This document shows, piece by piece, positions 1-12,603 of a stretch of 64,000 nucleotides of DNA (positions are counted from its first letter, which is position 1; each line of letters begins with the position of its first letter). The position numbers and the translations under genes were made by a program. The stretch is from Macrostomum lignano (taxonomy: Eukaryota). The notes beneath the pieces are model-generated. The model did no database searches and had not been told where the DNA came from. It saw nothing but the letters and a program-made list of their open reading frames with translations. The stretch covers positions 231,109-295,108 of the forward strand of contig NIVC01001407.1 in the NCBI GenBank assembly GCA_002269645.1, read 5' to 3'.

Positions 1-1
1 G

Positions 2-1681
2 GATTTCGTACACCAGCAGTCTCATCTGGACGCTGTCCGCAACCACTAGGCACCTGGCTGAGTCACCTGGCAGCTTGGTCACAGCTACTCCTTGTGGACG
101 TTTTAAAGTGACCGAAGCGCCATACGTTGAGCTGCAAAATTCAGCTAGAGATGGCAACTGCTGGTGCTGCTGCAGCTGCAAAGCTCCATCACCGTCTATG
201 CTGAGCATTCGCACCGAGCTGCTCGCCGGGTCGCTGCCGTACAGCAGCAGCCTGTCGGTTCTGTCAGCCGCCATTTTCCACGGAGGCCGTTGGAAGCCGA
301 CGGGCAGCCTGCCAAGCCGGCGGCTCGGGTCCGACAGGCTCAGCTGGCGCACCTGTCCGCTTCTTGTCACGATCAGCAGGTTGTCGGCGTGCAGAGCCAA
401 TTCGTGCATCTCGTCAGCGTTGATGCCGCCGCTTTCTTGGCCGCCGACTAAGAAATTCACCTTGCCTAGCACCCTGTCAACGCTGATGATGCAGTTGTTG
501 CCGATGTCAAGAATGAACACCTGGCTGTCCGAGACTGCGATGCTGCTAATCCAGTCGATTGGCATGCCCAGGCTGCCGGCGGAGATCACCCTGGTCACTT
601 CGCCGTCCAGATTGGTCACAGTCACGGTATTGGCCTGGGCTATAAATAGCAACTGAAGCGCACTGTCGCACTGGAGCCCGTTGATCCATACTGACCAGTC
701 CAGGTTGCTTTGGAAGCAAACTTTATCGTATCCGGTGAGTGACGTCACTGCCAGGTAGTCGATGCACTCGGGAAGGAATGAGACAAAGATAGCCGGCTGA
801 GGCAATGGAAACTGCTGATTCGTAGAACTGATTGCCTTAACTATTCGGTTGTTCGAGTCGCACACGAACCCAGCCGTGTTGGTGCACACAGCTACGTGGT
901 AGGGTTCGCTAGTGAGGGATTCAATCGAACCTACAAGACGACCAATCGGCTGCTGCGGTGGAGGTGGAGCTGTAGGTTGCCGCTGTTGACCAGAAGAACG
1001 GCTGTGTTCGAACGAGATGGCGGGATGCAGTGGCTGCAGACTGGGCCCAGGTGCATTCGCAAGATCTGGTGCAACTGAATTCACCTGAGCAACGTGGGCA
1101 ATTTGACTATCAATCAGCTGATGCAGCTGCTTCACTGCAACCGGCAGATGATTGGTAGATCCCTTGGTGCGAAGATATTCAGCTGACCTCTCGTTGGCCT
1201 CGTCTATCCACAGCTCGGTTGAGTTTAACAGTTCCACGATGCGTTGGTTGTCGCCGCTGTTGCCGGCAAGAGTCAGCTCCTTCTCGCAGTCGGTCGCCTC
1301 GGTCATATCGCTAAGCTTGCCGGCTACGGAATCCTGCGCCCGCTGCATCTGCGACATCACTGTGTCCGACCACTGCTCGATGCTGTCTCGCATGGCATCG
1401 AAAGTCGCCTGCACTTCGGCCAGCTGCAAAGTCAACGAGTCGTACTCCTGCTTCAGTGACTGCTGTCGATCGTTTGACTCTCTCATCAAGCGCAGGTTGC
1501 GAAGCAGTTTAGCCAGCATATCGCCTGCCTTTTTCACGTCGCGCTTCAGATGATAGGAGCACAGAGGCAGATTGGACACTGGGCCCACGCCAGCTGACAT
1601 ATTTCTACATCCTCGTGAGCTGCAAGACAAGTTGGGATTGCTGCCCGTCTCTGGCTCTTCATGCGGTGAATTCGCAGACAT
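2..1681 (-). CDS. Coiled-coil + NHL-repeat beta-propeller protein (TRIM-NHL-like); 3' end runs off the window
   Basis: Manual translation from ATG at 1681 gives 560 codons with no stop to the window edge, which explains its absence from the ORF track. It has an N-terminal C/H cluster (CSSRGC...LCSYH), a heptad-rich coiled-coil (LKQEYDSLTLQLAEVQATFDAMRDSIEQW) and NHL-type blades (EPYHVAVCTNTAGFVCDSNNRIV; KRPQGVAVTKLPGDSARCLVVADSVQMRLLVYEI). Confidence 0.75.
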   Translation of the reverse strand, partial: MSANSPHEEPETGSNPNLSCSSRGCRNMSAGVGPVSNLPLCSYHLKRDVKKAGDMLAKLLRNLRLMRESNDRQQSLKQEYDSLTLQLAEVQATFDAMRDSIEQWSDTVMSQMQRAQDSVAGKLSDMTEATDCEKELTLAGNSGDNQRIVELLNSTELWIDEANERSAEYLRTKGSTNHLPVAVKQLHQLIDSQIAHVAQVNSVAPDLANAPGPSLQPLHPAISFEHSRSSGQQRQPTAPPPPQQPIGRLVGSIESLTSEPYHVAVCTNTAGFVCDSNNRIVKAISSTNQQFPLPQPAIFVSFLPECIDYLAVTSLTGYDKVCFQSNLDWSVWINGLQCDSALQLLFIAQANTVTVTNLDGEVTRVISAGSLGMPIDWISSIAVSDSQVFILDIGNNCIISVDRVLGKVNFLVGGQESGGINADEMHELALHADNLLIVTRSGQVRQLSLSDPSRRLGRLPVGFQRPPWKMAADRTDRLLLYGSDPASSSVRMLSIDGDGALQLQQHQQLPSLAEFCSSTYGASVTLKRPQGVAVTKLPGDSARCLVVADSVQMRLLVYEI

Positions 1682-2733
1682 TTTTGTTAAGACAGCTCGT
1701 CGTTTGTTGGGTAAAGCAGATTTTCCTTATTTTAGCTTTCAGGTTAAAGGAATTGTCAAACAATGCGGAGTAAATGTAAAATACGAGCGTATATATAAAC
1801 AAAACTGTATCCAGATACCCATGAAAAGTCACTACTTGCTTTGCTTGTTTTCGGTAAGCAGATACCTTTTACTGCATTTTCACCGCTACGAGGATGTAAG
1901 AAAGCAACAAATTTCAGATTTTTCCGCATTTATTCCGCCTCCACCTCCTTGCTCCACCTTCCAGTTGTCAACCCATGAACTTATTAACTCTTAGATCCCG
2001 ACCCCCTCTGCGTCCCGACCACAGACCATATTTTTCAAATGACATAAGACATAATAGATTAACTTTTTGCGTTCAGAGACAAATCAAAGATTGCCACGTG
2101 TCATAAGCATTGGCTTTAGAAATCTATCCCTATCCCTAGCTCCACGGCCACTGTCCCCCCCCCCGCTTTTCTATGTTGTCAGACGAATATCCCTCCCCCG
2201 GGGGGCGCACTCTTCCCCAAAGCTGCCCCCGCCAGCAATGTACTTGCTCCACTCTCCACAGAAAACTGTACTCGCAAAGCTAAATGCCTGGCGTGTACAG
2301 TTGCGGCCATTGTTTCAGCTAGCTAGCTGTATATTGTTCTTCAGCTGCCGCGGTGGCGGTTGCAGACATCTGACGTGGTCGGCTTTGGAGTGGGGTGGCG
2401 AGAGGGTGAAGCTACAGCTGTTGCCAGCAGCTCTCTCTCTCTGTCTCTCTCTCCTATCCATGCATTCTGCGAAATAGAGAGCTAAACTGTCTGAACAGTT
2501 ACTGCCAATTTGCTGTTCGTTAACAGCTGTAGTATCGTGACGGCGTGGCAAACTACACGAGTATTAAGCCGCGTGTTCGCGTCCACCCCTCCTAATACAC
2601 TGTTTAAATCCCTTCCACACACGGGACGCGTGGGAGTTTTGGTATCTCATATAAGGTTCTTCGAGAAGCCAAAGGCCAACGTAACCAGGATTATTTGTAG
2701 TTGACTATTTTGAAAATTCTTACCTGTAGCTGT

Positions 2734-5700
2734 ATGGACTCGCAAAAGTTCGTTGTCGGTTTGCTCTGCTGCATCCTGATTCAGTGTGCCAAGCTCTCCA
2801 GTTGCTATGAGCAGTTTTGCGACGTGGAGCGCTGGCTGACAGACAACGACATGCCTGTGAACAGGCTGGATGTGTCCAGCTACGCCAAGAGCAGGCTGCT
2901 GGTAAGTCTGCAATCGCGAGAAAAACTAATCAAATGCTCATTTCTACGAGCCGTGCACAAGGAAGCCGATTTGGAACGGTCGTTTAAACAAAGTCGCTAC
3001 CGGGTTAGTAAACGTGAAATCAAAAATCGACAAGAAGAGAAAACAAGGAGACACAACAGAGAGCGAGACGAGGTCGACAAGGACGACAGAGATTTGTCCT
3101 CAAGAGGAGATTCTCAAAATGACGATCTGCTTGATGCGGTCGATGAGGCTGGGAAACGAAGTCGGTCACCGGACGAGTGGGACTCCAATGCGTCAACGGA
3201 GAGGCAGGCGCAGCCTGTGGAAGAGCAGTCAAAGCAGCAGCAACCAGAAGATGGTGAGCAAAAACAAAAGCAGACGGAAAACCCACAAGCACAACAACAG
3301 CAGCCAACTGGACAGCAGCAGCAACCGCAAGAACAAAAGCAACCGGAACCCCAGAAGCATCAATTAGAAGAAAACTCACAAAATCAGCATCAGGGTAGAA
3401 ACAGTAAAGACAGTGCTGAAACTCCACTGCAACCCGAGGAGAAAAATTTAACCAATGAAACTAAAAGTAACCATGTAAGCACAATGAACTCCTCAGCTGC
3501 TACACCAGAGTTCAGTAATCACTCAAGGGAGCTGCCCAATGGGACCCAGAAAAAACTCTACCTAAACGCCAGCTTAAATCAGGCAGCGAATGTTACCGAA
3601 GCAAAAAAATGGCTGCAGCAATGTTCCACTACAAGCTCGAAGCTTCCAAATCGATTAACCTCTTTCTGGTTTTGTCACCTTTTTCACAAAATAAAATTAT
3701 CTAGCTTTCCAAAAAAGGCAATAGAAACTTCATCGACTAGTCGAGATGTTGCAAGCCTCTGCACAAAATGTCCCAGTCAGCACTCAAACCAAAGCTTGCC
3801 ACGTTTTTGCGAAGTTCTGTTTTCAATAAATTTACGAGAATCGGCGCGGCAAAGTGTTTTGGATCCAGTAAACTCCTCTGAAGTTGATACTCTGCATTTG
3901 ATGGAGCATTCAAAGCAGGGCACCGCTGCTGAAGACGTCAATGGCTTCACTGTATCGTGCCTTCAATGCAAGGTATCATTTCGCAACACGACTCGGTCGA
4001 TGTGCATATTCGCAGCAAAATTTATTAGCCTTGATGGCGACATCGTTGCTAACAGAAATCCGCTAGACGATCCCATTGCAACTAAGCTTCAGTTCATCGG
4101 TGACAAGGTGAGCAGTGGTAGCCCAGCAGCCGTTGGATCAACAGAGCAGCATATGCTGGGCGGCGAGCTGCAAGAAACTGAACTGCCAACCAGAATACGA
4201 CAAGATGCTCACAATAAGAGACAGGATCAGACTGAATCCAATCAAACGGTTCAGTCGGCTAGTGAGCCAACTGCCGAGAAGCAACACTTACCTCAGAACG
4301 ACTCTTCCAATGAACACGCAGCTCCTGTTGCAACTGATACCGGCTCTGCTACCAACCAGATTGAATCTTTGACCAGCTCGATTTTCATGGAAAAACTGTA
4401 CGACAGTCTTCTTAGTCAGCGAGCAGCTTCAGTTGAGTCGGTGCTGAATCTGTCACGAAGAGTTGATAGTTTGAACAATCGAATTGACAAAGCGCTTAAT
4501 ACGACTTCTCAGAGAGACCAAAGCAGCGTTATGCAGAGTCCAAAACTGCACGAATTAGAAAGCAGATTAACTCAGATAATTGTTCAGATGGCGCAGCTGA
4601 ATCGCAAATTAATCCAACGAATGCGCAACCTGGAGTCCGCAACAATGCGCAAGTTGGCAACCTGCGAGATGAAGCTGAACATATCACGAGCTCAGGCTGA
4701 GTCAGCCAGCCAACGAGATCGCATCCGAACTGCTAGACTGGAGCGCAGGATCAGACAAGTGGCTAGTCAGCTAAAGCACATGCGAGATCGTAGATTTGCG
4801 GATGAGGCAGCAATGGCGCATCCGGTGATGCCCCCGATGGTGCAGTACGGTTACCTGGGGCATGCAGACTTGGAGCAGCGGCGCCATACTGAGCATCAGC
4901 GCCAGCAATATATGCCCAACGCTGCAGATGCCACGCTTCCAAATATTATTGGTACGTCTGTCTTTCATAATGAACCCTGTAATAATACATCTATGTACTC
5001 GTAAAGAAGGTTGTCACTTTATGAATGAAAAATCTATGAAAAATAGTTCTCTGAAGTCTTTAGGATTCGACGTTTTTGTGCCACCAAATGGACCAATATT
5101 TCAAGGGGATCATCAATTGTGAAGGGAGGTGCCATCACATTTAGAGGGGGTGCCATTTCATTTTGAGGAGTGTTGTTTTGTTTTGAGAAGTGCCACTTCC
5201 TTTTGAAAATCACCATTTCATTTTGAGAGGGTGCCATTTTATTTTAAGGGGTGCCATTTCATTTTGAGTTGGCCGGAAACACCGAGGGGGGGCTTTTGCA
5301 CCAGAGGCTTTAAAACTGACTATTGTGATACTTCAGTAGGTTTTACTAATGTGTACCAACTTGTCTTATCATGAATACATGAAATACATTAATACATGAA
5401 AACTCTTCACAGACTGTTCCGACATCTACGCCAAAGAGAAAACCAAGCAACGCGATTCTGCGTCAGACCTTTCCGATGGCGTGTTCTCAACTAATCTGGG
5501 CCTGACAAAACCGGTACAGGTGCGCTGCGACATGCGAAACGAAGGCTGGACATATATTTTGAGTCGAAGAGACGGAAAAACCGACTTCTTTCGGAATTGG
5601 ACCGAATATCGAAGCGGATTTGGTGGTAAGCAAGCTAGAGTGTTTTTGCTTCAGAGTGAGAGTGTTTCTTCGCATTAACTTGTAGCTTGAAAGCAGGCCC

Positions 5701-8700
5701 TTGTTGTTTACGAGCATGCCAGCTATAAAAGGAACAGAAGCTACAGAGGGGTGACAGCTACAGAGGGGCGACAGCTACAGAGGGGCGACAGCTAAAGAGG
5801 GGCGACAGCTACAGAGGGGCGACAGCTACAGAGGGGCGACAGCTACAAGAGGCGATAGATACAGAGGGGCGACAGCTACAGAGGGGTGACAGCAACAGAA
5901 GGGCGACATCTACAGAGGGCCGACAGCTACATGGGGCGACAGCTACAGAGGGGTGACAGCAACAGAAGGGCGACAGCTACAGAGGGCCGACAGCTACATG
6001 GGGCGACAGCTACAGAGGGGTGACAGCAACAGAAGGGCGACAGCTACAGAGGGGCGACAGCTACAGAGGGGCGACAGCTACAGAGGGGTGACAGCAACAG
6101 AAGGGCGACAGCTACAGAGGGGCGACAGCTATAGAGGGGCGACAGCTAAAGAGGGGCGACAGCTACAGAGGGGCGACAGCTACAGAGGGGCGACAGCTAC
6201 ATGGGGCGACAGCTACAGAGGGGTGACAGCAACAGAAGGGCGACAGCTACAGAGGGGCGACAGCTACAGAGGGGCGACAGCTACAGAGGGGTGACAGCAA
6301 CAGAAGGGCGACAGCTACAGAGGGGCGACAGCTATAGAGGGGCGACAGCTAAAGAGGGGCGACAGCTACAGAGGGGCGACAGCTACAGAGGGGCGACAGC
6401 TACAAGAGGCGATAGATACAGAGGGGCGACAGCTACAGAGGGGTGACAGCAACAGAAGGGCGACAGCTACAGAGGGGCGACAGCTACAGAGGGAACGACA
6501 GCTACAGACGGGCGACAGCTACAGAGGGGCGACAGCTACAGAGGGGCGACAGCTACAGAGGGGCGACAGCTACAGAGGGGCGACAGCTACAGAGGGGCGA
6601 CAGCTACAGAGGGAACGACAGCTACAGACGGGCGACAGCTACAGAGGGGCGACAGCTACAGAGGGGCGAAAGCTACAGAGGGAACGACAGCTACAAGGGG
6701 CAACAGCTAGAAAGGTGTATATAGAGTACTAGTCTCTAAAGTCTACTAATAGTAGTATAGTAGTAATCTCTACAATTAGTATTGCTAGTTTAGGATCTAA
6801 AAACTAGGCTAGACAGTTATTTCAAATTCGCAGTACGCGACAAACAGCTCAGGTTATTGAAAAAATACTTTCGGCTCGTAGAATGAAAAAAGAGTAATAT
6901 CTTGACAAATCTTAAGGGAAGTATTCAGTCTTCACTTTTCTTTATAATCACGGCGCGACACGGGTAACGGGTGACCTATCGATGAATAATAGCTTTTTGT
7001 TTGAATGGGACTAACGTCGTACGAGCAAGCAGTGGCGTATACGCAGTCAGGGCCCGCCCCCCCCCAATCGACCTTACAAAAATCCTCCAAAAAATGAATG
7101 AAAGGAGTTGACAGGAACTGAACTTTTGCCACCTCTTAGACTTGGCATTTACTGGAATAAGATACAGGGATGTCCACCGAGAGACAGGGGTGTCCACCGA
7201 GAGACAGGGGTGTCCACCGAGAGACAGGGGTGTCCACCGAGAGACAGGGGTGTCCACCGAGAGACAGGGGTGTCCACCGAGAGACAGGGGTGTCCACCGA
7301 GAGACAGGGGTGTCCACCGAGAGACAGGGGTGTCCACCGAGAGACAGGGGTGTCCACCGAGAGACAGGGGTGTCCACCGAGAGACAGGGGTGTCCACCGA
7401 GAGACAGGGGTGTCTACCGAGATACAGGGATGTCCACCGAGAGACAGGGGTGTCCACCGAGAGACAGGGGTGTCCACCGAGAGACAGGGGTGTCCACCGA
7501 GAGACAGGGGTGTCCACCGAGAGACAGGGGTGTCTACCGAGAGACAGGGTTGTCCACCGAGAGACAGGGGTGTCTACCGAGAGACAGGGGTGTCCACCGA
7601 GAGACAGGGGTGTCCACCGAGAGATAGGGGTGTCCACCGAGAGACAGAGGGGCGCCCATGCACTGACAGGGGCACCCACCGTGAGACAGGGGCGCCCACC
7701 GTGAGACAGGAGCGCCCACCGAGAGACAGGGGTGTCCACCGAGAGATAGGGGTGTCCACCGAGAGACAGAGGGGCGCCCATGCACTGACAGGGGCACCCA
7801 CCGTGAGACAGGGGCGCCCACCGTGAGACAGGAGCGCCCACCGAGAGACAGGGGCACCCAACAAGCGACAAGGGGTGCTCACCAAGACGCAGGCTAGAAA
7901 CTGGCGCCCCTTATATTTTAGGGTTGCTGCCCCAGTAATTAAAATTCCTGCGAACGCTACTTGCGAGTGAGTGATAGTACCCATTACACTGAATCCGAAC
8001 AAAACAAATTGCATAGTTGAGTGGAGTTGTGAGCTAAAACAGTCAAATTCATTTCTGACTCAGCCTGCAGTCACAGTCCTGAATTCACCTCGGCATTGAA
8101 TTTTCCTTTCCCTAACTCTCAATATTTCGAATATAGGAGGCAATTGAGCGTAGCGAATGATAGCGACTATAAGCGCAGAAATTGAATTCTAGTGGGTTTG
8201 AATTCCGATTTTATCTATTAGTATAGAAACAGAATGAGACAAACATTGACGCGATGACTAGACAAAAAGCTAGGATTTAGGAAGGGTGGAGCTCTTTGTT
8301 TGATCAATTCTTTGTTGGTATCAATTGCCAGCGGATTGTTTAATGCGTATTTTTAGGAAGGTTACGCGTGTACATCCATATAGGTAGGCAGAGTAGGCAT
8401 GTGGGGTGAGTAGACGTCAGGCCGGCAGGCAGGCAAACAGGCAGGTAGGTAGGTAGGTAAGGTAGGTAGGCAGGTAGGTAGTAAGGTAGGTAGGTAGGTA
8501 GGTAAGGTAGGTAGGTAGGTAAGTAGGTAGGTAGGTAGGCATGTATTGTATTGTAGGCTAGCTTTTTCTGTAGCTATATATATTATCACTGAAATGCATT
8601 TAAATATCACTTAAAGGCCCAACATATAGCTATTAGATACTTGACTTTATTTGTGATATTGTTTTTGTTATCGAACGTACATGTAAAATACTTCATTCAA

Positions 8701-11603
8701 TAAATCAATGCGTAAAGGTTGACGTTTATATCGCATAGGCATAGGCATAGCTAAAGTTACTTCAGCATGGGTAACTAAATGAGAATTGTATCGATTCATT
8801 TTTCTTTGATGCATTTTAGTATCAGGAAAGGACAGACAGAAAGTACCGACAGTTGTATAAAATCCAATTTGACTGTTTCCTAAAATGTAAAAAATGTTTC
8901 GCAAAGGACTTTTTAGTGCATTATGAGATCCCATACTAAAATTATCTGATAATGGTCCCCTTTGAAGGTCACTCGCGTCGCAATGTACAGTTTACTTCGT
9001 GTCACGCGCTTTAAGCGTGATATAATAAAAAGAGAGAGGGAGATACGGAAAGGCTATTTTTAGATTCGGGTGCAAGACATTAATGTACACTGCTGAGTGT
9101 ACATATAAATGGGGGAGGGGGTAAATCTGGGCGAGAAGACGCTTCTTGTTTACCCCCGTAGTTCACTGACTTTTTTCAGTTTGAGGGAAGGAAAAGATGG
9201 TGTGTTTTCAGAACCAGTTCTAACCGGCCTTTAAACTGGATCAGAAGCTCTCCAGTTTACTCAGGCCACACTGACGAGTGACGTGACGTATGATTTAAAA
9301 AACAATTTCTAGCATCTGCACGTTATGAAATCTTTTGAAATCTTGGGAGCCATCTTTAATATTCAGTTTTACACCTGGGTGACGGGTGTACAGTATACAC
9401 TCAGCAACATGTTAAAGTTTCCACCCTGAAGCCAGTGAAAAATGAATGAATTAATGAATTAAATCTTAATGTTATCATTGACAATACACTAATATCAGGT
9501 TATTTTTCGTCATATCAGCTTGATTGCGAAATCAGCCCATACGAGCCCGCGGACGCGTGGAGTGTGAATTGCGTCACTTGGGGCTGAGAATCTCAGATCT
9601 GAGGAAAGTTGACCAATGACCACTGGTTTTGGAGTGGAAACTTTAACATGTTGCTGAGTGAGTGTACATGTAATTTGCTGACCGCAAAGATCATGCAATA
9701 TAATTTACATAAAAGGTAATGTAACGTGTGGATCAACTCGGTCTCCTACAGTAAAATTCCAAATGTCATTGATTTGCTCCACAGTTAAATAAAAATAAAA
9801 AAATCTAACAATAACTAACAAATCTAACAAGACGTCAATTCAAAAAGTTTGAGGCTTTTAATTTGGCTTCCTTTAGGGTATTACTATAACTACGAGTATA
9901 TTATCTTGCCCATCGCCCATTAAATCTATACTCAGCATTCAGCAACAGTCAAAAGTTCCACCCTCCGAGCGAGATGAAAATTTTCTCACTGTTTGCGACA
10001 ACTTTGCACTCACAATTCAACCCTTCGGTTACGTAAATAAGCCGCCGGCACGCCGCGAGGAAGGGAGAGTTGATTGAATCAATAATAAACCTCATTCGCA
10101 CAAAATCATAACAGTTTTTTTTGCAATCTTCAGTTAGAATCGCGATGCTTAATAACGCGTGTGGGATCCCCCGCACGCAGAAGTGCGGCGACTCTGGGTT
10201 GCATTCCCAGGAAAAGGAGGGGCCGCAGAAAGTCCTGGGGAAGCTGCCGCCAAGCGTTTTCAAAGGCATGACGCAGCTCCGCAACATTCTGTTGTGGTGA
10301 ATTTTCTTTTCGATCGCAGAATTTTAGGAAATCTCAGACATGCTCGATGGGATTCATGTCTGAGGATCGGGAAGGCCGGCGCAGAGTGTGCAGCTGTAGC
10401 TGTTCTTTCAGTTGACTAACGGCATCGGCATCGGCAGACCCAAACCATCCCCAGCCCCAGGTGGCAAAGGCAATAATTAAGCTTTGCACGTGCGAAGTAA
10501 GTTGCGTCACTAGCAATAGTGAAAAAAATTCATCTCGCTTGGAGGGTGGAACTTGTGACTGTTGCTGAGTATAGCAAAGACAGGTTAAGCAATGTCATTG
10601 CATGGTAACTCAACTTCTTCAAAACTTCATCTGCTTTGTTGATCAAGATGCCACAGTGGCGTAGCCAGGGGAGGGCAGGGGGCCGCAATCGCCTGAGGGG
10701 GGTGGGGTTGGGCGCGGCGGGTACCAAAAACCATGAGGCAATTGAGTGCCTGCGGCGCTAAAATGAGTGCCTGCGGCGCCAAAATGAGTGCCTGCTGCGC
10801 CAGAAGTGGCAATGGCATAAGGCATGGCCAGCCAGGCCAACCTGCCCCCCCCCCCAATTGAAATTCCTGGCTACGCCACTGAGATGCCAAACATCCCCCT
10901 ACTAATGAAAGAAAGATCCTGGCTACCCCTGGTGCTATGCGTCACGACTATGAAGGTCTGAGTAACTTATGAGGGTCTATATAGCTATTATTTGGTATCC
11001 ATGTACATGTACAGAGTACATGTACCCATAGCACACTTACACCTAAACACTTGCTAATGCAAGAACGCTACAGACGTTTTTAAGTGTTACGTACGTACCA
11101 TGCAGAATGTTAAAAATACACTTTGCTTAATCCTATTTTTAGATCCGTCGGGCGAGCACTTTCTCGGACTGGATGCACTTGCCGAGATGACGTCTAGACG
11201 CGAATACCAGCTGTGGGTGGTTCTGGAAGACTGGGAGGGTTTAGTCAAGCATGTCAACTACGATCGCTTCTTTGTTTTTGGCAAACAGTACAACTACAAG
11301 CTTATCGTGGACCGTTTCCATGGCGACGCAAGCGTCGGCGACTCGCTAGGCAGCCACTCGAACGCGTCGTTCAGCACCTTCGACTCGGACAATGATCTTG
11401 TTGATACTAAATTTGGCGGCAACTGCGCTAAACGCTTTCGCGGCGGTTTCTGGTACTTCTCGTGCTATCGAGCGAATCCCACTGGTCAATACTATCAGGG
11501 CGGAGCAATACCCAACAAGAAGTGCGATGGTATCGTCTGGAAGACTTGGAAAGGACCGCATTATTCGCTTAAGTCAATTGAAATGAAGATTAAACCGTTA
11601 TAA
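2734..11603 (+). CDS. Secreted coiled-coil + fibrinogen-related-domain (FReD) protein, about 963 aa; exons 2734-4951, 5413-5625, 11143-11603
   Basis: Signal-peptide-like start (MDSQKFVVGLLCCILIQCAKLSSC). GT-AG junctions with matching phase 1 (ATT G|gtacgt..cacag|AC TGT; GGT G|gtaagc..tttag|AT CCG) give 2892 nt in frame. FReD motifs: DCSDIY, VRCDM, GWTYILSRRDG, FFRNWTEYRSGFG, EHFLGL, FSTFDSDND, NCA..GGFWYFSC, GIVWKTWKG..YSLK..EMKIKP. Additional in-frame introns within exon 1 cannot be excluded. Confidence 0.85.
5738..6710. repeat. 17-bp minisatellite (GACAGCTACAGAGGGGC)n in FReD gene intron 2
   Basis: Direct tandem repeat visible in the sequence. Confidence 0.95.
7163..7857. repeat. 20-bp minisatellite (GTGTCCACCGAGAGACAGGG)n in FReD gene intron 2
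   Basis: Near-perfect period-20 tandem array that degenerates at its 3' end. Confidence 0.95.
8440..8540. repeat. (GGTA)n-type microsatellite
   Basis: Run of AGGT/GGTA units. Confidence 0.9.
9396..9667. repeat. Inverted-repeat-bounded segment, possible MITE
   Basis: TACACTCAGCAACATGTTAAAGTTTCCAC (~9396) is mirrored by GTGGAAACTTTAACATGTTGCTGAGTGAGTGTA (~9636-9667). TSD not firmly identified. Confidence 0.45.
10155..10400 (-). pseudogene. Tc1-like transposase C-terminal relic
   Basis: Minus strand reads RPSRSSDMNPIEHV*DFLK...NVAELRHAFENAWRQLPQDFLR...RVAALLRA. This matches the Tc1 WPxxSPDLNPIEHxW motif and C-terminus, with the conserved W changed to TGA. Confidence 0.8.
10654..10881. mobile_element. 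hAT-family MITE (228 bp)
   Basis: TIRs CAGTGGCGTAGCCAGG / CCTGGCTACGCCACTG with a perfect 8-bp TSD AGATGCCA (10646-10653 and 10882-10889). An 8-bp TSD is characteristic of hAT elements. Confidence 0.9.
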
Positions 11604-12198
11604 TTTTGCACAATGTTTCTAGAGAGTGAATAGTTTGGATTCCACGTTCCTGTCTGTGTTCTTTTACCTGGTAGTTACACAACACGACAACACTGTTTGT
11701 TTTTGGCTACATGTAAATCGTGATTGCTAGCTGTACGGGTCAACACCACAATCTCGAAATTTCATATCCTTGAAGACAGGAAACTTCATAAAGCTCGAAA
11801 CTTTGCATATCGTCGGATTATTTACATTTGTGTTCTTATTTCCATGCAGGAAAATTCCAGCTTTTGAACTCCCTAGCTGCTGTACGTGTTACATTTAGAT
11901 CTTTTTGTTTGTTAATGTGCCTTTTCAACAAATCATTCTTAGTGTGGTGTCTGGACCTCTGTTGATTGTTGATGTCACATGATAGTATCTTCATCAACTG
12001 AACTGTACACTTTTCGATCCTGCAGAGTACGGAATTGTGGGCTCGGAAGACCTAACCTGCGTGTGTACAATGTCAATGTGCATTAGGTGTTTTAGGTTCA
12101 GATCAGTACTCATGCTTTTAACTGAGAAATCAGATTAAATAGGTTTTCCCAGTCATGTAGCGCACAATACCCAACTCAAGTTGATAGCCATCTCAATC

Positions 12199-12603
12199 TA
12201 AATAGCCAAGTCAAGTGCAAATTATCCAATCAGAGCGCTTCTCGATATTCATCCCGCTGCTGCGCAATGACAACAATTGACGAACAACCGATCGCGTAAA
12301 GTGCGAGCGACAAAGTCAACTCAACCAGTAGCGCAACCAGAAATTTTGTGGGGATTCTAGAGGGTAAAGACTCGGGAGGGGGCGGAGGGGTGGCTCTGTT
12401 TTTTGCGAAAAGTCGCTTGGTCCCCCTTTGTTTTTTTTCTAGTCTCCGCCTAAGGGGGGCTCACAGAATTAACGAACGAGTTTGCCACCTGAAATGACTT
12501 TAATGCTGCACTCGACTTGAAAAGCAACTGGATTCGTGGCTTGTTGCCATTTAAATAGAATGACGCACTTCAGCTAAGTTATTTGCACTTGAGTTGGCTA
12601 TTT
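12199..12603. repeat. 23-bp inverted repeat pair bounding ~400 bp, possible MITE
   Basis: AAATAGCCAAGTCAAGTGCAAAT versus ATTTGCACTTGAGTTGGCTATTT (1 mismatch). Confidence 0.45.

Noticed and set aside
75-1994. Plus-strand ORFs 75-656, 1152-1553 and neighbours
   Set aside because: They are antisense shadows of the minus-strand NHL gene.
4952-5004. Stop at 5004 as the end of the 767-aa ORF
   Set aside because: A phase-matched donor at 4952 splices to the FReD exons, so the stop is intronic.
5738-7870. Long ORFs in the 17-bp and 20-bp arrays (and likewise in the arrays at 38256-41316, 44500-45440 and 52140-53100)
   Set aside because: They are translations of stop-free tandem repeats in several frames at once, within introns or transposon interiors, with no coding evidence.
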